Below, in pieces: positions 28,248 to 44,260 of a stretch of 64,000 nt of DNA. The DNA comes from the human T2T-CHM13v2.0 reference genome, Homo sapiens: NCBI RefSeq assembly GCF_009914755.1, contig NC_060934.1. One strand, written 5' to 3'. Made by a program: the position numbers and the translations under genes. The notes under the pieces were generated by a model that did no database searches, was not told the origin of the DNA, and worked only from the letters and a program-made list of their open reading frames with translations. The stretch's first letter is position 1; every line of letters begins with the position of its first letter.

Positions 28248-28761
28248 CAGATGCCCATTGATTTACGATGGGGCCATATACTGATAAACCCATGGTAAGC
28301 TGAAAATACTGTCAGTCAAAAATGCACTTTTGGGCTGTGCATGGTAGCTCATGCCTGTAATCCCAGCACGTTGGGAGGCCGAGTCGGGCAGATCACTTGA
28401 GCCCAGGAGTTTAACGTGGCGAAGCCCTGTCTCTACAAATATACAAAAATTAGCTGGGTGTGATGGTGTATGCCTATAGTCCCACCTACTCAAGAGGCTG
28501 AGGTGGGAGGATTGCTTGAACCCAGGAGGTGGAAGTTGCAGTGAGCTGAGAAATGCCTCTGTACTCCAGCCTGGGTGACAAAGTGAGACTCCATCTCAAA
28601 AAAAAAATGCACTTTTTATTTAAGATATTTTCAACTTTTGATGGGTTTATTGAGATGTAGCCCCATTGAAAGTTCAGGAGAGGACTGAATGTGTATTGCT
28701 TTTGCACCATTGTAAAGTCAAAAAATCCCAGGTGGAACCCTCATAAGTTGGGGACTGTCGG
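28248..28761. mobile_element. Tigger4-family DNA transposon, interrupted by an Alu
   Basis: TA-flanked; cagatgcccattgatttacgatgggg ... tcataagttggggactgtcgg; internal inverted copy gatgggtttattgagatgtagccccat. Confidence 0.8.
28333..28607 (+). mobile_element. AluJ (internal deletion) nested in Tigger4
   Basis: TSD aaaaatgcactttt at 28318-28331 and 28603-28616. Confidence 0.93.
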
Positions 28762-28932
28762 TAATTTCTCTCTTTGAGTCTCTCTGGTTGAACTCGCAGC
28801 CTCTCTCTTCCTTGGAAACAGAATAACTCTAATATGAACAGTTATCTTATCAGCTCTATAGAGTAGCACCAATGTGAGGTGGGGCTCAACTCCATCTATC
28901 AAGCAAGGCTTCTGCACAAGAACAATATCCTT

Positions 28933-29394
<462 letters not shown>

Positions 29395-29666
29395 TAAAGT
29401 GAATGGCCAGGGTTGGCAGGGCAGTGCTGAGCCTCACAGCCATCCAGGGATTGGGGTCCTCCAAACCACTGCCCCACCATCCTTGAGACCCTTGGTGTAA
29501 TCTCAGTGTTGGAGCAGGGAGGTGCCATGCCTGGTCCTGCCACAGCTGGAAGAGAGCATGGAGGGGCACCTGATGTCCCAAGTCATCTCCACTCCCCTTC
29601 CACTAGTGAGAACTTAGCACATGGTCTCACCTAGCTGCAAGGGAGCCTGGGAAGTGTAGTCTTTTT

Positions 29667-29995
29667 CAGAGTTGGCAACTGCTGTCTGTAAAGGGCTGGA
29701 TAGGAAATAGTTTCAGCTTTGTGGGGCCATATACTCTCCATTGCAAGTACTCAACTCTGCCCTTGTAGCTTGACAAAGACCATAGAAAATATGCAAATGA
29801 ATGGGCATGGCTGTGTTCCAATAAGACTTTATTCATGGACTCCTAAATTTGAATTTAATATCACTTTCATGTGTCATCAATATTATTCTTTTTTTCCAAC
29901 CATTAAAAAGTGTAAAAGCCTTTCCTAGCTCATGGCCGTTCAAAACTAACTAGTGGTTTGGAACTGGCTGGTGGGTCATAGTTTGTGGACTTCTG
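29667..29995. mobile_element. MER58B
   Basis: cagagttggcaac ... actcaactctgcccttgtagc ... atgaatgggcatggctgtgttccaataagactttatt ... catagtttgtggacttctg. Confidence 0.88.
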
Positions 29996-32089
29996 ACTCC
30001 TGGTCTGGACAGCGATTTTGGGCTTGGCCACACTTTGTTAGGGGAGATTGGATTTTGGCAGAGAGTGAGCGATCTCTACCACTACGTCTACTGCAGGGCT
30101 TGCTTAGAGAGAGGTGTCTTAGCAAAAGCAGGGTGCCCCCTGCCCCCTTCTCTGTACAAACAGAAGAGCAGAATTCACTTGGTGAGGGGGGAACAGCAAT
30201 GCCCCTCTTCCCAAACTTTTCAGGAGCAAGGGGAGGGAGAAGCCATGGTGGGGGGCTCCTGATGTCAACAGGTTGTAGAGAAAGTGTCAGCTCAGCCCTG
30301 GAAGGTCTTCTGCAATGCCAGATAAGGAGCTACAAGCTGGCCTCCCAGGGCTAGAGGCTTGCCATCCAGAAGCAACCAGCGGCTGGGCCGGGAGACAGGT
30401 GGCAGCACCCCCATCCCTGCTACTAGGGCTCAAGGACACCATGCAGGAGGTGGCTTTCAACCAGACAATGACAATTTTTAATAATTAGAAAGTGACAGCT
30501 ACAAATATAAAATGTGACCAAAAAATCTGTCAGAAGGAATGAAGATACCATTATTTGAAGAGTGTTTTCCTCCATCCCTCCCTCCTCCTCATCAACTCCC
30601 AATGTGGGGGTGGGAGCTTGCCAAGCAAAGCTGATATCAGTTATTGAGAAAAATAGAATCATTCCCTGTTTGTACATCACTGAGTTTATACTGTCAATCA
30701 AAACAGCTACACATATTTTTAGCATCAACTGCCAATTATTCTTTCTGTCTCAGAATAATCAGAACCAAAGACTGAAAAATTCACTTAAGGGTGTTAGACA
30801 TGGAGTCAGGCCAGCCTGGGTTCTGACAGTCCTGGTTCTGACAGGTCCTGTGTGACCTCCACAAGCCCTGTGACCCCTCTGGGACTCAGTCCCCTCATTT
30901 GTCAAATGGAGGAGAGTAAAACCTATTGTGCAGGTTCGTGGGGAGAAGCCCATTTCGGAGCATTGCTCAACAGCAAAGGATGACTTTAGTTTGTCTCTGT
31001 GGGTCTCAGTCTTCTCGTGTGTCAAGTGGATGGTTGGACTCCATGATCTGTTTCCACTGTGACTTTCAGTCGCTGCACCACTGATGGTTGAGTCTCTGAC
31101 TTTGGAGGAGAATGCTGCCCTTCACAGGTGCTTCTTTCTACAGGGAGGTTTTGAAGAAGATGAAAGCAGTGGCTTGATTAGGAACTTCCTGCTCTTCAAC
31201 CTTCCCAGGCTTTCTGGGCACAGTGCAAGCTGACCTCCTCTGGGATGTCCTCCTAGATTTCTTCAGGCACAGGCCATCTCTCCTGTTTATTAGGGACCCG
31301 TGTATTTAAACTTGACCTCTACCCCAGCCTTTGTTGTCTACTTTCTGGTCTGCCTGGGGAATTTGCTAGAGGTAAACTCCCTGTAGCCACTCTGATAACT
31401 GATCCTAACCCTAACCCTCACCCTAAGCCCACCTGGAGCTCTGTGAATGGGTCTGACATGCACACACACATCATAGCTCTGTCGGCGACACTGGCCCCAC
31501 TTACTGGCTTTAACCCTCCCTGAGCCTCAGGTCCCAACATTTGCCTTAAGGCACCCTTGCTTAAACAGCCCATTCAGACACACTCACTTGTTTGACCTTG
31601 GTGTTGGACACAAGGAGCCCTGCTGTTCAGTTGCTCCTCTCATCCCATAAGTGTGGGCTGGAGGTGCCCTGTTTTGGGGCTAGCCTGGGAGAGGCCACCA
31701 ATCTCACATGCCTGTCATGCAAAGGAGACAAAGCACCCAGATCTCCCAGCCAGGAGCCCCTGTTGATAGCCATGTCCTCTTGGACCCTGGGGTGACGTGG
31801 AGAGCACAGCAACCAGCTGGTCCACAGACCGTGCAGACGTTCTATTGGCCTCACATTGCCCACTGGCTTCGTGCAAGCAGGAAATGCTATCTCAAGTGGA
31901 GCTCTGTCCCCTCTTCCTGTCACTGTACAAATGATGGATCAATGACCACCCTGGGAGAGTGATGTTCTTAGGGAACATGTGAGAGAGCCAGCCAATGAAA
32001 TGTATAATGCAAAATTAAGGATGCTGGTCCTTGTTCACCTCATTAACCATCTAAACTCTTAGTATGTGTGAGGCATGTTGTGGTATGTG

Positions 32090-33020
32090 ACAGCATTTAA
32101 TTCATCCATTCATTAATTCCTTTTCCATTCAGTGTTTGTGGTCTGTCCATAGGTGTTGGGAACATGGGGCAAATAAGACAAATAGTTCCAGGTCTGGTGG
32201 CGCTTACAGCCTGGGAGGAGCTACACAATGAAACAATTACAAAAGCATTTGATTTGACGAGCCTGCAGCCTGGGCTGTGGAGTTGAAGGTGGCCAGACAA
32301 TGGTGAGGGCCAGGGTATAGGGCAGAGCACCCAAAATGTTCCAGGCAGAGAGAAAAGAAAACAGGTGGGAGAGCTGAAGGGAGATGCTTGTGTCTGGATA
32401 CCAAAGCATGGGGGTGGGCAAGGTGGTTCTCCAAGGGGGTAGGGAGGGGCTAGACTCTAGGGGCCCCAAAAAGCATGACAATAGTGTTTGAACTTTAGCT
32501 GGAGAGCAAGGGAAGTCCCCAAAGCTTTTCTGGCAGTTGTACAGCAGGACAAGTTTTCACTTAGAAGGACTCTTCCAGCTGCTGTGTCCAGGGTACATGG
32601 ATAGGAGGAGAGTGGAAACTGCTGAGGTCACCCAGGTAAGACATGTGGAAAGCTAGAGCCATTAGGATGGCATGCAATGGGTTGAGATCGGTTCAAGAGC
32701 TCTAAGGAGGAAGAGCCCACAGGATTTGGATATAGGGAGAGGGAGCATCAAGACTGTTCTTAGGTCTCCCTTTTGAGTGTCTGGTTGGACGGTGGCGTCT
32801 TTAATTAAGATTGGAAACACAGAGGGATAAATGGACTTTGGGAGGAAGATGATTGCCTGTGAGACCCCCAGGTGGGTCTGGAGTTCAGGAGAGAGGTCTG
32901 GGGCAGATAGTGATCAAGATGGGAAGTCGGAGGTATAGAGGTGGAGACGGGCTCCTCTGGAGGGCTCAAGTCTTCCAGAGAGGAGTGGACAGGGCCTGGC
33001 ATGGATCACTGGAAACTTTT
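32090..33020 (-). mobile_element. L2
   Basis: ttcatccattcattaatt L2 3' end reversed; ggtctggagttcaggagagaggtctggg. Confidence 0.75.
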
Positions 33021-33382
33021 CTCAATGCTCCACAGCCTCTATGTACAGTCCTCAAATTATATGCCAATTATGCACCAATTATATAACCCTTCTTGGTCAA
33101 CCAGAGGAAAAGAAAGATAAAACTAAGAGAGTGTAGTAGAAATGGGGGAGGTTAAGGGTCATTTTTTTGCCTTCTCCTACTCATCCCAGCCACAGGGCCT
33201 TTGCACTTGTTGCATGAATTCCTGGACCACCCCTTCCCCAGATGTTGGTCTGGCTGGCTCCTCAGCCTTCAGGTCAAATGTCACCTTCCCTGATAACCAT
33301 CTGATTACCCTGTCCCAAACTGTGCTGCTCTCAGCTGTCCCAGCCACAGCAACTGATTTGACTTTCTTGTCTTCTTGTCCTA

Positions 33383-33512
33383 CCTTCCTTCCTTCCTCCC
33401 TCCCTCCCTCACTTCCTCCCTTCCTTCCTTCCTTCCTTCCTTCCTTCCTTCCTTCCTTCCTTCCTTCCCTCTTTCTTTCCTTTCTTCCTCTCTCTCTCTC
33501 TCTCTCTCTCTT
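33383..33512. repeat. (CCTT)n/(CT)n polypyrimidine microsatellite at Alu tail
   Basis: ~130 nt of almost pure pyrimidines. Confidence 0.95.
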
Positions 33513-33838
<326 letters not shown>

Positions 33839-34614
33839 TGACCATGTAAAACCCCTGAGGGCAGGGACCTTATCTGTGTATTGTTCACAGCTGCTTCTCC
33901 AGCACTGTCCTTGGCTTGAGTTATTCTCAATTCCCCTTCCCTTCTCCTCCAACAGGCATGCAGCAGCAACACATGTGTGTGGGCTCTAGCTCTTGTGCCT
34001 CTCCTGGGTCTGTTCCTGTCCCTCAGCCACTGCTGTCTGAACTGCATCCATGAGCAGGTCTTGCTTGGGTCACTTGTCTTTCCTCCCTCTGCTCTTCTAT
34101 TGTATGATTCACATGGCAGCCAGGAGCCTCTGTCTAAAATGGAAATCTTCTCATGTGGTTCCCTTACCTACACTCTGCAAACGACATCTGAAAACAACTC
34201 CAAATGCCGTATGACCCTTTTCAGAGGCCATGATAGTCTAGCCCTTGCCTACCCTGCCAGTTTTCTCTCCTCCTTTGCCCTTCACTCTGCGTCAGACACA
34301 TGGAGCTCTCAGCGTCTCCAGTGTGCTGCTCCTCCCTCTCACCTGGGTGCCTCTGCTCTGCCTGCCATAGCTTGTAGGAGCTCTCTAAATACTGAATGCA
34401 CACATGACAAATCCAGGACAACAAAGGGAGAAAGGATACTCATTGGGACAGATTTGCCTCCTGTTTCTCTCCCTTTCCAGGGAAGCCTAGCAGAGCGTCT
34501 TACATTCTCACTGCAGGTCTCTCGTAAGCCCCAAACACTTTCCCTTGTCCTAGCATTTGATGCCTGAGTCCCTCAACCCAGTACCTTGAACTGCCTCCAG
34601 GGCCCCAGCCATCC

Positions 34615-34890
34615 CAGGCAGCCTTAATTAATTGTAAAATTGATTAAGCAGCCCCCTTTGTTAGGCTGGGCTGGTGTTTATTTGTATTTTCATACTATTA
34701 TCCTTTTATACTTCTCTGGGCGCCTTCAGCTGTCTACTGACACCTTTTATTGGGGAAATGTTAATTTAAAAATCATCTATAATGCAGGTGTCACAAATCA
34801 AAGCTGTTCGGTAATGAGTTGCTCTTATGTCGTATAAAAACAATTAATTAAAACCCTTTCTGAGAGAGCCGTGCCAGCAGATTTATGTTT
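34615..34890. promoter_or_regulatory. Candidate conserved non-coding enhancer
   Basis: Repeat-free AT island with two TTAATTAA, TGATTA, CTTTGT, TGTCA. Conservation inferred, not measured. Confidence 0.5.
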
Positions 34891-35479
34891 CCCAGTGTCT
34901 CCCCTTCGACCTTCCTTTCTAAGGACCCTCATGCACTCAGCTGGCTTCTATGGGGGGATGGTTTCCTCCCACCTCTCCCCAGGAAATAGAATTCCAGCCC
35001 GGTGGAGTGGAGAAGGCTCCAGGAGGGCGTCGGGCCCAACCACCTTGCGTTATGGAGCACAGAGAGGGATTCTGCTGTGGTCACATAGCACCTAAGTGGT
35101 TGCAGCAGCCTCAGAACAGGCTGTCCTGCCTGAGTCGTTCCTCGTGATCACTGCTGGCGTTTCTCCTGCTGGCCTTCATGGCAAGGCTGATGGCCAGGGC
35201 ACACAGGAGCAACGGCACTGCTGGTCTAGCAAGTACCACTCTCTGGCCTGCTCCACAGCCCGGCCACAGCAAGGGAGGTGAGTCATTCTCCGCTGACAGA
35301 TGCAGTCACTCCACAGATGCTTTCCATCTTTGCTAATTAATTCTGCACTTAAGATAATCCAAGGGCTCTAAGTTCTGGTCTTGCCTCTACTCCTGACCCA
35401 TCCTGTAACCTTGGGTAAATCACTTCCCCTTGGTTGGGCCTCAGCTTCTCTCTCTACAAAATGGGTATATTGATTGAAA

Positions 35480-35690
35480 CCAGGGGTTGCAAATTCAAAT
35501 ACTCATAGGTACCATCAATGAATAAGGCAGTCCCGGCGGGACCTGGGAAAAACCATAGAGGAGCATGCCCTATCTGAAGGAGACCACCTCTATCCCTTTC
35601 AGATGCTTGTGGCCATAAGAAAAAGCAGGCCTGGCGTTGCTCTTTGCAGAGAAACTGGAAATCCAGCTTGGGGTTTCAAAATGTTGATGA
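35480..35690. mobile_element. MER102-like hAT fragment
   Basis: gagcatgccctatctgaagg ... agagaaactggaaatccag; related text in opposite orientation at ~61110-61260. Confidence 0.55.
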
Positions 35691-36286
35691 GCGGGCCAGA
35701 CCTTGCTCAATTTGTCCTCAGAGCCCCTTCTTCCACATCCCCTGTTCTGCTCTCAGGGGCTGGCCATGTCTCTCTGTGACCTACTGAGGTTCCAGGGTGG
35801 CTGGGTCATCCTGGCTCCTGGGCTTCGTCACCAGCACCTCCTTCCTCCCTCCTTACCTCCCTAGGGTCTAGAGCTGGTGCTGGTCTCTGGGTTGCCTTGC
35901 TGGTTTCTCCTCACCTGTGTCTCCAGTCCTCATGTTAAATTCCCTCTGTTTTAAATACCTCCCATGGTTTATGGGTTCCTGGTTGGATCCTGACTGATAC
36001 ATTTCATAATTTTATTAACAGACATTATTATTAATGAACACAATGAAGAGCAAAAATCTTGTCCGTGGGTGGCTGGATAGGGTATGAAGATTCCAGGTTA
36101 TAATTTGGTTCAGGGTAGACCTGGGAAATCAGACGGTATCAGTCACTGTAGAAGCTTCCAGTCTTATATACTCTCCAGGGCATCTGCATCTGGCCCTTCT
36201 GCCTCCACTAAAAAGTGACCTCTCATTCTCCATTGCTGGGACTTCTTCTGGCCCTGCCCTGCTCACCCTCTCCCTGGTTGGTGGTT

Positions 36287-36583
<297 letters not shown>

Positions 36584-37099
36584 GGTGACTTCTTTTATGA
36601 AGGGGGATTGGGTGGGCTCCATGCAGGCAAATGACTCTCTCCCTCCCCTGACCTCTCCAGCCTTCTCCACAGCCCAGCCACAGTGAGGGAGTCATCAGCA
36701 CTGGAACCCGGGGTCCACGGCCTTGGAGGATCCGGACCCTCCGCATTTGAGGAACTTGGCCTTCAGTCAGGGAGCCAAGAAGTCCCTGCCAATCAAGGAG
36801 GGGGTGTGGGCTGGTGGGGGGGGGGGCAGCCTTGGGGCACGGGAGCTGATAGACCAGACTCAAGAGTTCTACTCCTGACTTCTAGATTGTTCCACCTCCA
36901 TATGGAATATGTTCCTTCCATCTAACACTGTGTGATTTGGGGACCATCCAACTCAAATGAAAGAAGCCAAGCCATGCAGCGAGCCACCCCCTCCCCAATG
37001 TGGGGTACCCCCTGCCCCCGCCCAGCTCCCCTGCCCTCCCAGCTGAGGGGGGATCGCCGCCTGGTGATCTCAGCCTCCCCTCCAAGTGGGCTGTGAAGT

Positions 37100-37350
37100 G
37101 TCTAATCCAGGCTTTCATCTGGCATCCACAATTATAATGTCAAGATTGAATAATCTGCCTTTATCTCCCGGGTGACAGCCATGTAGAAACTTCAAAAGAA
37201 ACAGTTTTGCTGGCATCTAACGGCTTTTGTTAATTACTATATCCCAAAGAAAATGAAATAAAGGAGGGAGAAAAATGATATTTCTCTGTGACAACTTTGT
37301 AAAAATATCAGTGATGAAGTGGTGCGGTTTAAGGGCTTTAAGTATTCATG
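37100..37350. promoter_or_regulatory. Candidate conserved non-coding enhancer
   Basis: AT island with TGACAG, GTTAATTAC, CATCTG, TTATCT in GC-rich surroundings. Confidence 0.5.
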
Positions 37351-37769
37351 CGGCTGAGATGGGGCCTCTACCCTCCCGCTGGGAAGCTTAAGCGTGCCCG
37401 AGGGTGCATGCACACACACACTCACACACTCACACATGCACACACGCACTCGGATCTGCTCCCAGACCCCTTCAAACACCATACATGTGGTTATGGGCAC
37501 TCATCTTCATAACCCTCTCACAAAGTCCTGTGCTACACACACGCACACACACACACTCATACGAGTAGAGTACTCCTTCCTTCATTGGATGGTTCAGAAC
37601 CCTTCCTATGACCCCAGTTGCTGCTAGGGACACAGGCTTGAAAGAGGGTCCTTTCAGGGTAGCGGGACAGCGAGGAAGACACACAGGCAGACAGTAGCTC
37701 GTTTTCTGTTTTCTCTTGTGTCACACTGCACAGGTGTCATGTGCCATGTGGGCACCTAAGAACCATGTG

Positions 37770-37990
37770 ATGGAGGGAGCAAAAGCACAGGCTGTGGGCC
37801 GGGCTGCCTGGATTTGAATCCTGGGGACATCTTGCTGTAGCTGTGTGACCTCGGGCAAGTCATTCAACTTCTCTGTGCTGGAATGTCTTCACCTGTAAAA
37901 TGGGGTCAATAATAGGGTGTCCTGGACAGGAGGAGGTACAAGATGAGGTAAATGAAGTAACACAGATAAAGTGGTCCCCAAATGTTAGCT
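37770..37990 (+). mobile_element. MIR
   Basis: agctgtgtgacctcgggcaagtcattcaacttctctgtg ... ctgtaaaatgggg. Confidence 0.85.
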
Positions 37991-40752
37991 GTCATTTAGA
38001 GGTGTGCAGAGTGGCTGACTCTGCCTGAGGAGGAGTGGCCTGGCGTTACCAGAAGGCTTCATGGAAGAGGCGATATTTGAGTTTGCAGCCTTGAAGGTTA
38101 GAGGAAAAGGAGCACATATCCCAGGCAGAAAAAACAGCTCATGCAAAGACTTACAGGTATGGTGGTGCATTCATGTCCCATCCGTGGTGAACATCTGGTG
38201 TGACTGGAGAACAGTGTGAGGTATCAGGAGGAGAATTGGATGGGTAAAGGCTCTGGAAAGGTAGGCGGGATGTACCTTAGTGGTGACAGACCTTGGGTTT
38301 CATTGAGAGGGTGGAGTTTCCCTCGAGGAGCTGGGGGCTGCTGAAGGGCTGTGGTCTGTTGAGGACCCCCATCAGATGGGGGGAGCCATGGAGAATCGGG
38401 GGCAGGTGGGCATGGCCTGGAGTGGGCCTGGAAACAGGAGACCAGGCTGTTCTGAGAGGTCATGGGGCACCCCCACACTCACTCGCTGACACACACATAC
38501 ACACTCACACGTGTTCATAAACACCCACAGGCTCACAGTTCCACACCGGTACACACATACTTTCCTTTCCTCTTGTTTCCCAAATGGCACTTGTAGGTGG
38601 ACTTTTAAATTGAAACTCCATTTCTCTGCAGTGGCTCTTGACTCCTCAATTACCTGGTAGTGGATTGGCAGAGATGTGATTAATGGAGGAAATTGCCAAA
38701 ATTAACCCCTGGATGCCTTATGTGCTCCTCTGTGATATGAAGGGAGTGCCTCCGAGGTAGAGGAGCATGGGCTGGCGACAGCTTTGGTCCTGTGGGGCAG
38801 GAGACCTGGCATCTGGTTCGGGTCTCAGTCTCCCTAGCTGTAAAATGGGAGAATTGAACTCGTTCTCCAAGAGCCCATCTAATGACATTGTTCTAGGGTC
38901 TTCATGAGGGCTAAACAATCACATCAGTGTGTGCTAGAAATGCCTCCCACAGAGCAGTGAGCTCATTTCAAAGCAAAAAGCAGTTTTGGGATAACAGTCT
39001 ACTGAGTGCCAGGCACAGAGCCAGGCACTGCAGGGGATTCAAACCTGAGTAGGAGAGGATATCTGTGTCCTACTTCCTCCTGGCCTCAGCCCTCTTGTTA
39101 CTTTGGAAGTCCCTGGAGGACAGACACTGTCTGGAAGCTGATGCCAAGGTACCCTGGGCACTGAGTGAGGGAGAGGTGGCACCCCATTTGATTGGAAGGG
39201 GCAGCGTGTATAGACTGAGCCAGGCCTCTGGGGGAAAGGGAAGGTGAACATCCCAGGCATGGGGCATAGCCTGGGCCCAGGAAGAAGCTCAGGATGTGTT
39301 TGGGACCTGTTTTGACTGCCTGGAGCTCAGAGAGTGAGACCTGGAGGGTCAAGGCCAGGAAGGTGTGGGTATTTGGAGGCCTTGGTCTTATTTTAGACAG
39401 TAACACAAAGTGGCTCCAGCAGAGGCAGGGAGGTAAAGGAAGCCTCCACAAAGTATCCTATGGGCACCAGGGCGGGAGGAGCTGTTGGCCTTCAGGAGCT
39501 GCTGGTCACACGATTGGCCAGCCTGGGGGACCCGTCAACCTCTGCTTTTCTTATCATGCCCTTTTTACTCTTTTTTTCTACTTGAGGCTGGCTGGCTTGT
39601 GAGGAAAATGGCCACCCCTTCTCAGCTTGCCACAACCTAGACTGAGGAACCAGGTTTCTCTGGGGAGAGGATCTGATGGGTTCCACGTGGGTCTAATCGG
39701 ATTTGACAAAAGAGGTGGAGTACTACTATGGGCAGAGCATGACAAACCCCTTTGCAGGATTGTGGGGGCTTGGCTGGCTGCCACTCTCCCTCCCTTCGGC
39801 TTTGGAAGCTTGGCAGAAGATTGCATGGATGTTTGTAGGCCATGGGGACCCGTGGCAGGTGGGGTCCGCCACATTTTAAAAAGGCTGTCTGACTCTAGAG
39901 TCATAAGTGGACACAATACGTAGGGAGGGAGCCAGAATAAAGCAAGAATATCCCAACCTTGTGAGGTCACAAACAGAGTCTCTTCCCTTAGCGTAAAGTG
40001 GCTTTCCGGGGAGATCCTGTCCTCAAATTCTCCCTTTCCCATGGCAATCAGCAAGGGGGTTTTCCTGGTATTTGTGGTCAGGTCTTGACCCATGGAAGCA
40101 GGCAGGTAGAGAAGACTAGTGACTCTCTACCCTGGAAGGCAGGAGACTGGGGCAGGAAGTTTGAGGCTTGGACTAAGAGGTGACCCCTTTGGCACAAGAA
40201 GGACAGCAGGGCAGGCAAGTGGAATCCCATCATCTTTGACCACCTGCCTGCTCCAGGAAGCAGGCATTTGCCCTGCTGGGATCTTCTGAAAGTGTGCAAC
40301 CTTGAATGGAGCCAGAGAGGAGAGGAGTCTGTGCACTGGGAGGAGTGAATGGAATTCCGCTGTTTTGCAAACATTCCAAAGCAGCAGGAGCCTTCAGTCA
40401 AATGAGCCTCCTCCCCACATAAAGCAGAAAGACCTGGAGCTGCTGCAGGTGGGAGGCCTGCAGGCCCACTCAGGACAGCTGCGGAGGCCAGGAGGGGTGC
40501 CCCCTGCAGTTGTGTAAGGCACAATCAGCCCAGCCACACAGGCTGGCCCCAGCCCACTCCACTGGTTGTCCTGCCCTTGTCCCCAAGCCACATCCTAGAA
40601 GTTCACTGAAAACTCATCATCTGGATGAGGCCAAGTGAGGGTCACCAGCTTGGCCAAGAGCACCCCTAGATATCGGTGACTAAGGGGGGATTCCATGCAA
40701 GACAGGGCTATATTGAGGTGACTGCCTTTGGAAGTTTGGACAAAGACACTAG

Positions 40753-42430
<1,678 letters not shown>

Positions 42431-43689
42431 TGCAAACACTCCTGGGAGAGGTAACCTATTAAGTGGCTGAGAAATATTAAAAGCTGTTCAGCCGCATAAT
42501 CCAGGACCTGAGTTGAAGTCTTAGCTCAGCCATTTCCTGGCTCCATGACCTTGAGGCAGCATTTAATTCCACAGAGTTCGTTTCCTCTGGAAAAATGTGG
42601 GAATAATGAAACAACCCTATGAGGTAGACAGACGGGGCAGGAATTTGAAGAGATCAAAGATAGGAAAGCACTTTGAAAACCACATACCATCATACACCTG
42701 CAGAGGAATACGGTCTTCATCGTTGTTGAAACACCTGATTCATTTCCCATCACTTTCATGGTGATATGAGGGAATAAGAACCAGGGGTGGGGAGAGGTGA
42801 AGCGGGCAGGGGGCACAGCCTGGTGGGAGTGGGGTGGTGGGTGGCAGGAAGGGACATGGCTGCTCTATGGAGCCAAGGGCATTGGTCCTAAGCTTTTCTT
42901 TTCCTGGCCAGTGGCTTTCCTTGCTTTATGCTTCAAATCTAATTCAGTCCATCTTCCTCCTTCCTCCCTCTCCACTCCTCCCTTCTTCTCTTCCCATTCC
43001 TCCCTTCCTCCCTTCCCTCCTCATTGTCTGTCTCTCTCTCTGACAACAAATGTTTTTGGATCACTTGCTAGTGTTCCAGGGGTGGGGAATCAATAGCAAA
43101 CATGAGCAGTGTGGTCCCTGCACTAAATAAGTAACAAACAAATAGATCCAGCAGGTGCATACTGGATAAACACTTTGCGAGAAACAGACAGGGGACCCAT
43201 TTTACATAGGTGGAGGCCTCTCTGTTTTCCCAAGCTGGTTCTACAAAGCTGACTTATGTTGGGATGGCACCCCATATGACCAAGGCTGGAAAGTCCTTAG
43301 AGGACACAGGTGAGAGCCAGACAGTGAGATGAACAGAGAGTGAGCCAAGGGAAGCATCTTTTGGTGTGCTGCTTTCACCAGGCAATGGCCCCCAGGCCCA
43401 GCCTCCTGGCCAGGCCACACCCCTCCCAAACTCCTCCTCTGTCTGAGTCCCATCCCCATAATGGCCCCTCCCCTGGCCTGGTTCTGCCCACAGGCACTCT
43501 TCTTATATAGGATAATCTGGCTGACCTGATACTCCTAGGAGTGGGTTTAAGTGAATCCCAAAGACTGAGAAGAGGAGAGTGAGGTGGGGGCCTAGGAGGG
43601 GCTCACTGCGGTTCTCTGGCTCTAAGTTTTCATGCACAGGGTTCACAGGAACCAGTTTTGAGAGAAAACTCAGAAATGGAAAAAGTAAT

Positions 43690-44260
43690 CCATCACTTGA
43701 GTCCCATTAAACTGTTGCTATTCCAAATGCAACCTATTCTTGGAGCCTGAGTACAAAGAGGCAGAAACTTGTCACGTTTCAACAAACATACTTTATTATA
43801 CTGTATAATTTAAGGTATCATTTTATTCAAGTGACATTCAAACGTGTGAAAAACGGTTGCATATGCCAGAGCCATTAATGAAATCATTACGTACAAATGG
43901 TTACGCTTTACCAAGTCATTCATTAAAAGTAAATTAATGAGGGGGACAGCATTAAGATATTTCACAATCATTACCAGGTCCAGCCTAACCCACTTTTATA
44001 AATATTCATCAACAAAAACGTGCCTCAAGAACTCACCCAGTAAATTAAATTCTCGTCTTGAAGTGTTTTGCTTCTATTAATGGCATCAACCGTGGTACTT
44101 TCTTTGATTTGTTTTCCGGAACTTTGGGATATATTGTACGGAAATAATGACAAACTCTGAGTAATCGCTGATAATTAGGCCAAATCTATTATTCCCATGG
44201 TATTTACATTTTGATTACTATTTTCCCCCCAAAGGCAATGTCTTGAATCTATTCTAATAC
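43690..44260. promoter_or_regulatory. Candidate conserved non-coding enhancer (largest)
   Basis: ~570 nt AT-rich, repeat-free, many TAAT/ATTA, CTTTGAT (TCF/LEF-type), and retained CpGs despite low GC. Confidence 0.6.

Noticed and set aside
33977-34567. 196-aa ORF with signal-peptide-like start
   Set aside because: Non-ATG start in L2-like pyrimidine-rich sequence; L/S/P-biased; no domain.
39886-39905. 14-bp palindrome tgactctagagtca
   Set aside because: A few are expected by chance in 64 kb.
39578-40093. 171-aa ORF beginning MGQ (Gag-like start)
   Set aside because: No Gag motifs or flanking LTRs; length within chance for this window.
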